Positions 13,625-26,433 of a DNA stretch of 64,000 bases are shown piece after piece. The notes beneath the pieces are model-generated. The model was not told the DNA's origin. It saw nothing but the letters and a program-made list of their open reading frames with translations, and searched no databases. The stretch is taken from contig OZ024751.1 in assembly GCA_964016885.1 (NCBI GenBank), positions 5,704,001 to 5,768,000 of the forward strand. Reading direction: 5' to 3'. Position 1 is the first letter of the stretch. Every line of letters starts with the position of its first letter. Origin of the DNA: Eledone cirrhosa (lineage: Eukaryota). A program made the position numbers and the translations under genes.

Positions 13625-16600
13625 TAGGGGGGGGGGGGGTTAATTTAAAATATGTAGTGACCCATACCATTCACTGAAATCATACTAAACATTTTTCCCG
13701 AGGGCCGGAACGCCCCTGTACATACCCCCGGAAGTTGAGGATGGTCGAAAAGAAGGAAAAGTCCGCTATTATTGCACCTATACTCGATATTTTTTCGTCA
13801 CAAGGGTTTTTTTGGGGTCGATAAACTCATTTATGGTATCGTTTTTGCATTACGACCATCGAATATGGCCGGAAATCCAGGATGCCAGATATGGGAAACT
13901 ATTATTGAACCAACTATATTGACTAATATATCATTTTTCATCAATGGCATATTTTAAACGCATTTCCGAAGACAAAATGAGCTTAACTCTAGTCTATGGC
14001 TTGAAAAAATTATCATGCATGATTCATTGGTACATTATCATTGGTTTATTTTAAATTATAATTGTTCAACAAGTGATCTAAAGCATCTTTAAAGTCCTGA
14101 ACAGTAGCATCCGTTTTGCAGGTAACTTTCTCCAGATAAACCCTCAGATTTCGCACGTAAGTATCCACATCTAGTTTCCGCTAATTCCTTTTCAGTTTGA
14201 AAATATCGCTGGCTTTTGGTATCGATAGCGAAGTGTCCCTTTCATATCTAATTTCTAAATACAACCTTTCTATTTTATCTGTTTCCGAAGCTGTATCGCT
14301 CTCCATATATGTATCTATCTCCTCCTTTTTAGTGAAAGGACCACCTACAGATGTTAGATAATCAAGGTCCTTGTTTCCTCGCTTGTCAGGGGCGATATTG
14401 ACATTTTCCTTGGTTTCGAGGCCTTCGCGTGTCAACTCCTCCTATCTAACTGTCCATGTTTCATAATTTCAGGTATTTGGCCGCCTTTTCTAACCAGCTT
14501 CCTGTATTTGACAAAAGACCCCGACTCATTTTCGATCAGGTCTTTAGCCTTCATCTCTACTTGAGATGAAGAAGCGGCGGCCAATTGTTTCGCACCTCGG
14601 TGAGTCAATTCGTAATTAATAAAGCCCACGCCTCTTTCCGAATCGAGGTTGTGAATAGGCGCTTTTTCAAGTTTGATAAGGCGTATGGAGAATCGCGAGC
14701 TTCTCCAAATCCGCCCTTTTGCTTCTGGAAGCCATCAACCCAAGTTCGGTAAGAGCAACTTTATGACTTTGAGTACATCATCTCTCAACTCCCTGGTCGT
14801 CGCATTTATTGCATCGCACATTTCGTCATCATATCGGATCTCTCTGAAACGTTCTTCTGATACGAAATTCAAAGCTGGTTGGTCGGTAGATAATAATTTG
14901 CTGGGATCAATATGTATCAAATCGTCGTAGATCTTATTGAATGCTATCGCCAGTTTGGGATAGTCCGGCGCTTGTGCAGTCGTGAGTGATAAGAATGGCT
15001 CTACCAAATGCAATCCGATGATAGCTCCACTGCCGGAAGAAGTCCATATTCATAAAACAGTGCACTATGCACGCCAACTGGTTAGTTACATGCTCGAATT
15101 TCTGAACGTATGCAGCTACATCGTCTAGGTGATACAGCGTAACTGCACAAGTTATGGTAAGCCGATTGAATCGTTCATCTTTCAATGAAATGGACTTGTT
15201 TTTGCGTGGATGTATAAACGAGTCAAAGTCATTAGCTTTGTTCCAATTTTTGTGGTCGAAATCATGGCATATTAATCTTGTCATACAATTGAGGGCTCTG
15301 TGACGCTGGAGGCATTAGTAGTTGCATTCACTAGAAAACTCGAGAAGATTTTGTCTCTACAAATTTCGTTTTCAATTTCAGACCATAGCTTCGTCAAAAC
15401 CCTGTTGAACATGAGGGAAGGATGAAAATTACAGAAAAGCTGGTCTGGAACGTGTTCAGTCTCTAGTTTTTCAGCTAGGATCGCCTCAACCTCGAAATTG
15501 TGTGATGTCTGATCAGTTATCACAAAATCAATTTTTTCGAAGAGAAATTTGACGAGTACCTCACTTGCAGCTTCTAGTATGGACAAAACAGCCAAGTTCT
15601 GTCGCAATTCAGACGCTATCGGTAACGTAGGAAGCTCTCTGTACTCTCCACCAACTTTCATGCCCTGTACACTGAAAGATCCAACACCTTGTTTTATGGA
15701 CCCGTCGTCGTGATAGGTAATCATGCTGTTGGTATCTGACGACATGATTTCCTTAACTATGCAGTCCAGTGCCATCATTTTAATACTTTTTCCGCTCTCT
15801 CGAATATTACGTTTATGAAGTAAAGTATCGTGATCGATCACATCGATTTCGTTATGTAACTTCCATTTCCTGTCAAACAATTTATTTCCAACAACAACTA
15901 TCGCGGCATTAGCCTGATTTTCAGACATATGAGTTATGGATTTCAGTTCATCGATAGTTTCGTATACTTCCGGCTTTATTATCCTCTCACTGATTCGTAG
16001 GTGTCTGAAACATGTGGGTAGAAGATCATCTCCGAAGTCCAATGATGCCACAACATAACGTTTCTTAGGAACCGACGGTGCACTGTCAGATGAGAAATCA
16101 ACTTCCGCAACATCCATAAATAATTGGCTCATTTCTTGCTCTTTTTCAGCTCTCTGCATCTATCTTTCCAAAGATCCAATGTCACTTTTCCTCCTTTTCA
16201 TTGTCTTTTCCCACTTTTTATCACAAAACATTTCACGGTCCTTGCGCTGATCATGAAGGAATTCCCACTCATCGTCCGTCATGCTGACTCCGTGGTACTT
16301 TTCTAGTCTCTTCCTCACTACGGCGTTCTCGCACAATATTTCAAATATATAATCCACTTCGTTGTTAAATTTTTTAACCTCCTCCAAATATTTTTCATTT
16401 CTCCTGTTCTTCCTCGTTTGATATAGTCGTTGAAATTCTGCATATAATTGAAGTATTTTCCGTTTTATATGTTTTATGGTCACTGTACATACGTTACAAA
16501 AAATCCAGTGTTCTCATAGCACATATGAGAGGGACAATGCTTCTTCTTCTTTTGATCTCTGACTCTGGCCTGCACGTGATGGTCGCATTAGATACATCAT

Positions 16601-17220
16601 GTTCGTGATAACATTCCTTTTTGTGGGTAGAAGTCCATTGGGGAATCCTGCAGTTTCCACATATTCCAGTTCACCGAGAATCTTCTTCGCGGACGATCGC
16701 AATGGTAATTTTGTGTGCCTGTATGCCATTTCAAAAATTGGACGTTAATCTGAAAGTACGAAAGATATGGTGTATGTGAGATCACGGGCAATTCGGCTAA
16801 GAACGAAGCAATAACGAATTCGGTAGACGTTAAACATGAGAAACTATTTATTACATGTGACAACATAACTATCGCCGTGAAAAATTATTGTACCCGCCAT
16901 ATCGAATTTTGGTCGTCATCTTGGATTTTTGTCGCTATCCTGGATTTCCGGCATATTGGATGGCCGTAATACAAAAACAATACCATAAATGAGTTTATCG
17001 ACCCCAAAAAGCCCCCTTGTGACGAAACAATATCGAGTATAGGTGCAATAATAGCGGACTTTTCCTTCTTTTCGACCATCCTCAACTTCAGGGGGTATGT
17101 ACAGGGGGGTTCTGGCCCTCGGTAAATTATTTTAGTATGATTTCAGTGAATGGTATGGGTCACTACATATTTTAAAGGGGGCCCGGAAAAAATCCATATT
17201 TATCACCTCCCCCCCCCCTA
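13625..17220 (-). mobile_element. hAT-superfamily (hATw/hATm-like) DNA transposon, 3.6 kb, ~260-bp TIRs, 7-bp TSD
   Basis: TAGGGGG...CCCCCTA termini; TIRs about 13625-13883 / 16938-17220; GTGTAAT on both flanks (13618-13624, 17221-17227). Confidence 0.85.
14046..16729 (-). pseudogene. Fragmented DDE transposase
   Basis: Successive minus ORFs with TYHDDGS, VITDQTSHN, FCNFH (CxxH), PIHNLDSERGVG; several stops and frameshifts. Confidence 0.8.
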
Positions 17221-17229
17221 GTGTAATAT

Positions 17230-17398
17230 AATTGAATATACAAGAGAGATAAACACAAATATAAACATACATGTGTTCGAATTGTAAGGGACCAAGTTCA
17301 GGGGGGAGAAATACTAAATATAACAATATGGTGAACTTGGCTCCTTACAATTCGAACATATGTACGTTTATATTTGTGTTTATCTCTCATGTGTATTC

Positions 17399-17402
<4 letters not shown>
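17230..17402. repeat. Fold-back, ~70-bp arms and ~31-bp spacer
   Basis: 17230-17300 is the approximate reverse complement of 17332-17402; abuts (TA)n. Confidence 0.85.
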
Positions 17403-17465
<63 letters not shown>

Positions 17466-17470
<5 letters not shown>

Positions 17471-18315
17471 CATTAGAGACAGCTTTAAGCAATACTCCGA
17501 CCGACTTCCGTCTCACTCAACAAACATTAGGATATACCTTAGTATAATCCCAATTATACATTTGGGGTGCTAACTATACGCATTTTGAGGATAGCCAGCT
17601 GTATTATTTTATATGAGACATAATTAAATACATCCCTCTTTCCAAATGATCGTTCCATTACAAATTTTCTACAAGTTAGGAAAATAATGTCCAGGTTATG
17701 TAGAAGCCTACACATAGTCTATATGAATATATGCAGGTGAGCACTTATAATTCATCAGTGGATGCCCAACAATATCGATATAAAAAAACCCTACCGATAT
17801 TAACATTCAGCGATGGTACCCGTCAGTGTTAGAGTGACTGCCAAATTTGAAATTCCAGCAGTCTCACAAAGAGACATCTCACACCGTCACCAAGCAGGAA
17901 GGGGAGGTTATCGCAAAACATAAAAGGATAAAATAATATACACGCAGGTCAATTAATTCTGTCAAGAAATTTAACCATGCGTGAAGAATTCAATTGGATA
18001 TTAAAAAAATAAATATATGCATGTATTATTTATACATGCATATAGGTATTTTCTCAGGCTAAAAACAGAAACAAGATACTGGAAAAACAATCAATATTAC
18101 ATACAAAGAATAAATAAAGAAAGTCATACCTAAAAATATCTGAAAATGTTCATCTCTGGCCAATTCAAGAGTATAATATTTAATACATTAACAGAGAAAG
18201 CTTTAAGCAATATTCCGACCGACTTCCGTCTCACTCAACAAACATTAGGATATACCTTAGTATAATCCCAATTATACGGTTGGGGTGCTAACTATACGTA
18301 TTTTGAGGATAGCCA
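17466..18315. repeat. ~135-bp direct repeat pair
   Basis: TAATACATTA...CCGACCGACTTCCGTCTCACTCAACAAAC...GAGGATAGCCA at 17466-17597 and 18181-18315. Confidence 0.9.
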
Positions 18316-19978
18316 CACCACACGATACAACCAACAACGTAGCCCACCTATAACACCACAATCCAACATGGCACATAGAAACACACATCCATACTCGCAA
18401 TACAGGAACACCCCATTCAATCTTCAACCACGAACCCGAACCACATTTTACAACAAAGAATATAACAAACACAGGAGACCACTTAACATCAGCAAACAAA
18501 CCCTCTACCCCAACCATTTTTTAGACACAGCACACAGATACAGGCAAACAAAATAAAACAAGACAGGGAGGAGAAACCGAGAGTAATAAAAATTATCAAT
18601 CTAACTAGTGCAGAACCAACACCCAACCTTATCAACTTACTCTCCAAAGGTCTTAAATTCACACCGAGCCCACTACGTCCTAACTACTATGAAATGAAGG
18701 AAGACATCACAGACTTCTGTAGAAAGTTACGACTCAGTGAAGAACTATTCGACCAGTACAAAGAGGATGAATCATCAACTACACCCCAACAAAAGGTAGA
18801 AATAAAATCCTGGACGAATTCTGTGAACACATCACAAACTTCTCTTACCAACACTTGCACAGACAAAAACACAAGCCAAACCTCAACAAGAAAGAATGGG
18901 AAGAATTAAATAGATTAAAAACTGACAGAACCATTACAATTAAAGAGGCTGATAAGGGGAGTACAGTAGTCCTAATGGAGACAGAATTCTATATGAATTT
19001 AGCGCTCTCCACTTTGGGAAAAGAAAGATACTACGAAAAGGCTGAACACTACAATCAACAGAAAATTATGAGAATCCTAAAAACTCTGATCAACCAATAC
19101 AAAGAAGGACTCACTAACAAGGAATTCAGCTTCATCACAGACTTCACCAGTAAATCCAGCCTTTTCTACGGTTTCCCTAAAGTACATAAAAGCGAATTAA
19201 TAAGTAAGGCATGCATGGAAGCCACAGACATAGTCATCAATGTCCTCTCACCTAATGATCTCAAATTAAAACCTATAATAGGCCCCGCTTGCGAAACCCA
19301 CCGCCTTAGCAACTTCATTGATACCCTTCTCAAGCCTTTTCTCAAACACATCAAAACCTATATCAGGGACGATATGCTCAATCACCTCCCTAATATGCCC
19401 CTTTCTGAACAAACCCTACTAGTGACGTTCGATGTAGTCAACCTATACTCCAACATCCCCCACAACCTAGGAATAGAAGCTATTCAATTCTGGCTGGATA
19501 ATTACCACAATGAACTCCCACAACGCATCAAAAAAGAATTCGTGATAGAGGGACTCAAATTTATCTTGGAGAACAATTACTTCGTTTTCAATAACAAATC
19601 CTACAGGCAGAAATCCACCCACACACCTACACACACATACACACATATACACACACACATATATACACCCACACATACATACGCGTACACTAACATACAA
19701 AGAGACATACACACACACACACACGCTTCTCCGTATAAGACAAGAGCTGAAAAATATCTTTCAACATGTTAAAATAACCCCCACAAACGTACAGACACAT
19801 TCCTACTGACCGATCCCTCTACCACGAATTATTCTGCTACACACACACACACACACACGCACACACACACTTGTCTTAATAGGCACCTGAACTGTTGACC
19901 TGTCAACAAGACTGCAATTCGCACACACATCCTTACTGACCATTATCACAACAATGAACCTCTTTACTACTACTACTA

Positions 19979-20013
<35 letters not shown>

Positions 20014-20425
20014 TATTTGTCTTAAAAACTTATTTTTCAGTGACTTCTCAATCAGCCGAGACAAACCTACATTTGGCGCAAAATCAATTTTTAACATTCA
20101 CATGACCTCTACCGACCAATCAAAATTGCTTTGACCACAAGAATTTTTGCAACACGAATTGGCGCGAAACTTATTTTAATACATCTGGAGCCACTTTTTT
20201 CACATAAAACAGGTAGAATTTCCAAAACTTATCAGATTAGAGCAAACATCACGGGCGCTCTATCTCAAAATTATTTTTGAAAAGCATTAGAAATGCGCAA
20301 CCGGTAAAAACTTAAAACCAAAACTGAATTCTAACCAATACTTATTACTAATTTTTACTTATTCCTAATTAAACTATTTTTCACTGGGAACAATTTGTCA
20401 GCATTTTCTTTTCCTTTTACCAGTG
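18316..20425 (+). mobile_element. Neptune-like Penelope element, internally deleted
   Basis: LLSKGLKFTP, IKEADKG, FYGFPKVHK, FDVVNLYSNIP; coding breaks at ~19613 and jumps to the 3' region shared with 56580-57270. Confidence 0.85.
18855..19613 (+). pseudogene. PLE reverse transcriptase, N-terminal half
   Basis: RT motifs up to YRQK; lacks the YxDD region. Confidence 0.85.
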
Positions 20426-20524
20426 TATTATCGTCTGCTTCACACATGTCTATACAACCTACATTCTCCGAAAAGCTTATTCTATAAAAAATAGACTATT
20501 GAATAGTGTGTTAACTGGAAACCA

Positions 20525-20725
20525 GGTTATCTGGAAAGGGATTTTAAGGACACTATTCTATAAACCTTCTTTATAGATTAGTGTGTTTACTGAAGAGAGA
20601 TTTTAAGGACATTTCTCTATATGTCTCGTTAACTAGAAAGATATTTTAAGCACACTACTCTTTAAACCTATATTATCTGGAGAGAGATTTTAAGGACACT
20701 ACTGTATAAACCTGGTTTTAAGAGA
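20525..20725. repeat. Degenerate ~43-bp tandem repeat
   Basis: About 4 copies of CTGGAAAGRGATTTTAAGGACACTAYTCTATAAACCT. Confidence 0.7.
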
Positions 20726-21315
20726 TTATAACAAATAGGATTTCAGATACTTATTATGGTCACATTTACTTACTTATGTGTTAAAAGTTTATATGTTAGT
20801 TTTATTCTCGTTACAAACATCGAAATTTCACAAAATTTATGACCACGATTAAAAATATATTACAATGATGCCGTTCATTTTATTGCTTACTGTTTGATGC
20901 TTCAATAAACATTTACCTCATCAATTTCAGAAAATCTTATAGTTAAAAGAAAAAGAACAAGATTACTGAATAGTGGTAACAGAGAACTCGTCTGACTAAT
21001 GAACTGCATTTTAATTTAAATTATTTCCGAGTTATAAAATTCACAAAAGGACGAAACGATTTCTTTGACAATTAGCTTACTAATGAATGCCTAGCATTAT
21101 TTTATTGCAGACAAGGATGAGCAGGGAAAGAATCTTTATTTTATAGTGTGATACTGTCATATATTTAAGGTGAAATACTTCAATGTTTTATATGCTTTTC
21201 TTAACGATCAACTCAACGTGTCTCATTGTCGTTGATTTTATTGTCTTCTGTCACTACAATAGAGAATCATATCCCTCTAATTGATTGAAATACAAGTCAA
21301 TACACAAACATACAA

Positions 21316-21350
<35 letters not shown>

Positions 21351-21689
21351 CATATATATATACATACACAAACATACACAAACATATATATATATACATA
21401 TATATATATATATTTATATATATATATACATACGCACATACATATACATATATATATATATGCATTCATAAACACACACACACACACGTGTGTGTGTGTG
21501 CTTCTGTATGTGTATGTGTGTATAGTATAGAGAATGTGCTATTTGTATACAGAGCGAAGTAGATTATTGTGAACGGAGACAATGAGACATTTTCGATTAG
21601 TATTAGATATTGAACGCTAATGGCATCGAATTGACATAAAGTGACTTCAATCTCACATATGTGACATGGTATAGTTAATATTTTTCATG

Positions 21690-21943
21690 TTATTCGTTAC
21701 GGTACCATGTGTGGAAGAGAATCAAATGGCTCAGCCAGAGATCGAAAAGCACCATCACACCAGCTTGGCAATATATTTCCACCATCAGCGTAAGAATCGC
21801 TGGACATATTTTACGGCAGGATTCCCACGGGTAGACCCCGAGCAAGATAGTTAGATAACATCCATGAGCTTGGCTGGTCTCGCTTGGAGATCTATCCGGA
21901 TCAGTTTGAAACGGTTGCTTCTGACAGGACCCTTTCATGAACA

Positions 21944-21945
<2 letters not shown>
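21690..21945 (+). mobile_element. RTE-like LINE 3' fragment
   Basis: GRPRAR*LDNIHELGWSRLEI...VASDRT resembles RTE C-termini; followed by (TAA)n. Confidence 0.5.
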
Positions 21946-21975
<30 letters not shown>

Positions 21976-22038
21976 TGTTTCTACTTTAGGCACAAGGCCA
22001 GCAATTACCCAGTGCATAATAATAATAATAATAATAAT

Positions 22039-24282
22039 TGATCGGGCAGTGTGGATTGAGACAGTACAAAAGGAGATTAGTGAAAAAGCACACCAACAAA
22101 CTGAATTAAGTATCACAGTTGAAACTCTTAAAGGGCAGGGCAGAAAACTAACCAACTGGAAATCACCAGGCCCAGATGGTGTGCAGGGGTTTTGGATTAA
22201 AAATATAACATCCCTCCACCCGAAACTGAAAACCATCTTCAATGACTGCTTGATGTCGTGTGAGATACCAGAGTGGTTCACAAACGGTACCAGTGTCCTG
22301 GTAATGAAAGACCGAATCAAGGGTAATGATGTTACCAACTATAGACCTATCACATGTCTGTCCGTAATGTGGAAACTGTTAACAAGCATTGTGTCTGAGG
22401 AAATCTACCATCACCTCCACACAAACAACTTATTACCGGACGAACAGAAAGGATGCCGGAAGAAGTCCCGTGGTACAAAAGACCAGCCACTTATTGATAA
22501 GATGGTAATGAGGAATTGCAAGAGGAGACACACTGGTCTTGCCGTGGGATGGATAGATTACAAAAAGGCATCCGACATGGTACCTCATTTTTGGATAACC
22601 AAAAGCCTAGAGATCTTCAGGGTGGCAGATAACATTAGACAGTTGTTGAGCAAAAGTATGAAGTCCTGGGAAACAGAATTAACATCGGGTGGAGAATCTT
22701 TGGGAGGCGTGAAGATCAAGAGAGGTATCTTCCAGGGAGATAGTCTGTCTCCTCTGTTGTTTGTCCTTGCTCTGATACACCTGACCATTATACTGCGAAA
22801 AGTGAGAGCAGGATACAAGTTTGGAAAAGGAGAGCTTACCATCAACCACCTCCTCTTCATGGAGGATCTTAAATTCTTTGGGAAGAGTGAGAAGGAGTTG
22901 GATGTACTTGTTGACACTGTCCGTATTTTCAGCAGTGATATATGTATGCAATTTGGTATTATTAAGTGTGGAGTCCTAGTGAAGAAGAGGGGTAAATTGA
23001 GCAGAAGCAACGGAATCCAGGTACCAACAGGTGAGATGATAAACGAAATTGACACTGAAGAAGGTTACAAATATTTCGGTGTTCTGGAGGCAGTTGACAT
23101 CAACAACAACAAAAATGAAGGAATTGATAAGATCTGAGTACATTAGGAGATTAAGGAGCGTATTAAAATCACGTCTAAATTGTAGGAATGTCATAAGTGC
23201 AGTGAATTCTCGAGCTGTGTCTATTATTAGGTACAGTGCGGGAATTCTGAAATGGAATGTTGCTGAACAAAAACAAATGGATAGGAAGACTAGGAAGCTA
23301 TTGACTATCTACAACATGTTCCACAAGAGTGTGATGTCGATAGACTCTACTTAAAGAGTTCTGAAGGTGGAAGAGGTCTTATCAGAATAGAGGACTGTGT
23401 TCAGATGGAGAAAAACAACCCGCTCAAATACGTGACTGACAGTAGGGAGCCAATGTTCAGAATTGTACTGAAGGAGAGGAAAAGAGACCATGGGATGTCC
23501 AAGGAGGAAATAACAGTAAGGAGGAAGAGCAACCTTCATGAAAAATCATTTCGTAGTACCTTTAAGAAAACTGAATTTAGAGATCCACAGACATGGAACT
23601 GGTTAAAAAGAGGGGACCTTAAAAAGGCTACAGAAGCAATGCTAATGGCTGCGCAAGAGCAGGCCCTCAGAAAGAAGTGGGTGAAACACCATATTTACAA
23701 GGAGGAGGCTAGCCCACTGTGTAGGATCTGTGGAGAGAGAGAGGAGACTGTGTCTCACATTGTATCCGAGTGTAAACACCTAGCCCAGACTTACTCTGAA
23801 GGCTGGAGACATGATGTGATGGGCAGGGTGATCCACTGGCACCTATGCAAAGTAAACAATTTACCACATTCTGAGAAGTGGTATGAGCATAAACCAGAGT
23901 CGGTGATGCAAAACGATCAAGTGAAGATGCTGTGGGACTTTAGGATACAGACGGACAAGAAAATGGAACACAATAGACCTGACCTGGTGGTTTTGGACAA
24001 GGGGAAAATATCGTGCCTGATTGTGGATGTAGCCTGCCCATTCGACACGAGAGTGCAAGAGAAGCAGAGGGAGAAAATTAACCGACACCAGGACTTAAAG
24101 TGGGAGGTAAAAAGGATTTGGAACTGCCATGAGGTCAAAGTGGTCTCGATTTTCATAGGCGCACTAGGTACTATCTCAAAGAGTTTCCAAGGATGGTTAA
24201 AGAAAATTGGTCCCGCCCTGCTTTTTGGAACACTTCAAAAGGCATGCTTGCTGGGAACAGCAAGAACCCTCAGATGCGTCCT
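22039..24282 (+). mobile_element. R4/Dong-clade RLE LINE, family A copy 1 (5'-truncated, lacks 3' UTR)
   Basis: KSPGPDG, NYRPITCL, GIFQGDSLSP, LFMEDL, CRICGEREETVSHIVSEC, RHD, RPDLVV..IVDVACP; starts in (TAA)n. Confidence 0.9.
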
Positions 24283-24289
24283 AAGACGT

Positions 24290-26433
24290 ATTTCCCGAAG
24301 ATCATATGGCTGTAATGATCAGCTTTTGGTTAACAAAATGATACTGGAAGATTGTCATAATAGACACAAAAATCTATCAATTGCTTGGATAGATTATAAA
24401 AAAGCATTCGATAGTTTGCCACACATTTGGATTGAAAAATGTTTAGAGATTTTCAAAATATCTCCCGTTGTCAGGAGGTTTTTGTCATTCAGTATGAAGA
24501 CATGGAAAACGACACTCCTTTTGAATAGTGAAACAAAATCACTGGAAGCTGGAGAAGTTAATATTAATTGTGGAATTTTTCAGGGTGACTCTTTATCACC
24601 GCTTTTATTTTGCATCGCACTTATACCATTAAGTAAAATGCTCAATGAAACAAAACATGGATATAAAGTCTATGACAAAACCATTAATCACTTGTTCTAC
24701 ATGGATGACCTGAAACTATTTGTAAAAAATGATGAACAATTGCAAAGGCTATTATCCACTGTGGAGCAGTTCAGTGATGACATTAAAATGGAGTTTGGAC
24801 TAGATAAATGCGCCAAAGAAACGTTCACCAGAGGAAAGCTGTTGAAAAGTTCAGACATTAATCTTGATCGGGGGAATGTGATAAGAGAACTTGACCAAGA
24901 GGAAACTTACAAATATCTAGGTGTTTGTGAAGGAGACGGAATCAAACACTCGACAATGATGGAAAGGATAAGGAAGGAATGTTACTGCAGAGTAAGAGCA
25001 ATCTTAAGAACGGAATTGAATGCAAGGAATAGGATCGATGCCATAAAAACGCTTGCCATACCAGTAGTAACCTACAGTTACAATGTCATCAACTGGTCAA
25101 ACACGTTTTGAAACACGTAAGCAACCGTAGGCTCGATACAAAAATTCGAAAATTCTTAACCATGCACAGAATGCATCACCCTAAGGCAGATATAGATAGA
25201 ATATATCTCCCTAGGAAAGAAGGAGGACGTGGGTTAATCCAGTTAGACATTGCGTTGAAAACTGCAACAATTGGATTATCTACATATCTAAGGGAATCAC
25301 ATGATTGGATGATGAAACTCGTTTTGAAACACGAAAGCATCAAAAGATCATATTCCATTACAAAAGATGCACAAAGATACAGTAATGGACTACAAATTTC
25401 AGAAGTCCCATTTACTGCTGAAAGTCCCATTTACACAGAAAAAGCAAAGCAGGTAAAAGTAACTGCAAAGAAAGAACTGCTACAGAAACTGGCTAAGAAA
25501 TGGCAAGAAAAGCCTCTGTATGGAAAATACCCAGAGCGAGCTAACAATCCTGATGTTGACAAAACTTTAACCCATCAGTGGTTGGCATCCTCTGGACTGA
25601 AATCGGAGACTGAAGGACTGATTATATCAGCACAAGATCAGTGTCTGCCAACAAAAAATTACCAAGCCAACATAATAAAAAATGGATGCAGCCCATTATG
25701 CCGTGTATGTAAAAAACAACCAGAGACCATTGACCATATAATTTCAATGTGCAGTCCTATAGCTCCAACCGAATACCTAAACAGGCATGACAGAGCTGCA
25801 CAATACATACATTGGATAATGTGTAAGCATTTTGACCTGCCCCATCAAAAGAATTGGTGGTAGCATCAACCACCTCCCTTTTTGAAAAAGATCACATCTC
25901 AATCTTGTGGAACTTTAGCATCCAAACAGGCCGAAAAATAGATGCGAATAGACCTGATATAATATTGAAGGACTTTAAAAGGAGGGTATGCCTGCTAATT
26001 GATATGTCCGTTCCAATAGACAAGAATGTATCTATAAAAACATTTGAAAAATTGAGCAAGTATAAGGACCTGGATATAGAAATTGGAAAAATGTGGAAAT
26101 TGAGAACTAAAACAATACCAGTGGTTGTAGGCGCTCTAGGAATGATACCTAAGGGATCTAATGATTACTTATCGCAAATCCCAGGAAACCCGCGTATAGG
26201 AGAAATACAAAGATAGTACCAATGGGAACTGCCCATATACTAAGGAAGATTCTGTCAATATAAGTACATCACAAGTCTAAACACCTAAAGATGCATGTGT
26301 GAATATGTATGTTCTTTCTTGAACATGGCGGACCTTGTTGTCTCTTGAGGTCACTGGTTGTGACTTGGTGATAACTCGTATGAACATAAAGCAAGATAAA
26401 TGCAACTGTAATAATAATAATAATAATAATAAT
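24290..26433 (+). mobile_element. R4/Dong LINE, family B copy 1 with (TAA)n tail
   Basis: WIDYKKAFD, GIFQGDSLSP, YMDDLK, CRVC..ETIDH..C, RPDIIL..LIDMSVP; 3' UTR then (TAA)n. Confidence 0.9.

Noticed and set aside
21111-21151. Plus-strand terminal exon (KDEQGKNLYFIV*) after a good acceptor
   Set aside because: Short, no partner exon or homology; compatible with chance
22585-23055. Antisense ORFs over LINE/PLE coding regions
   Set aside because: Shadow frames of RT sequence
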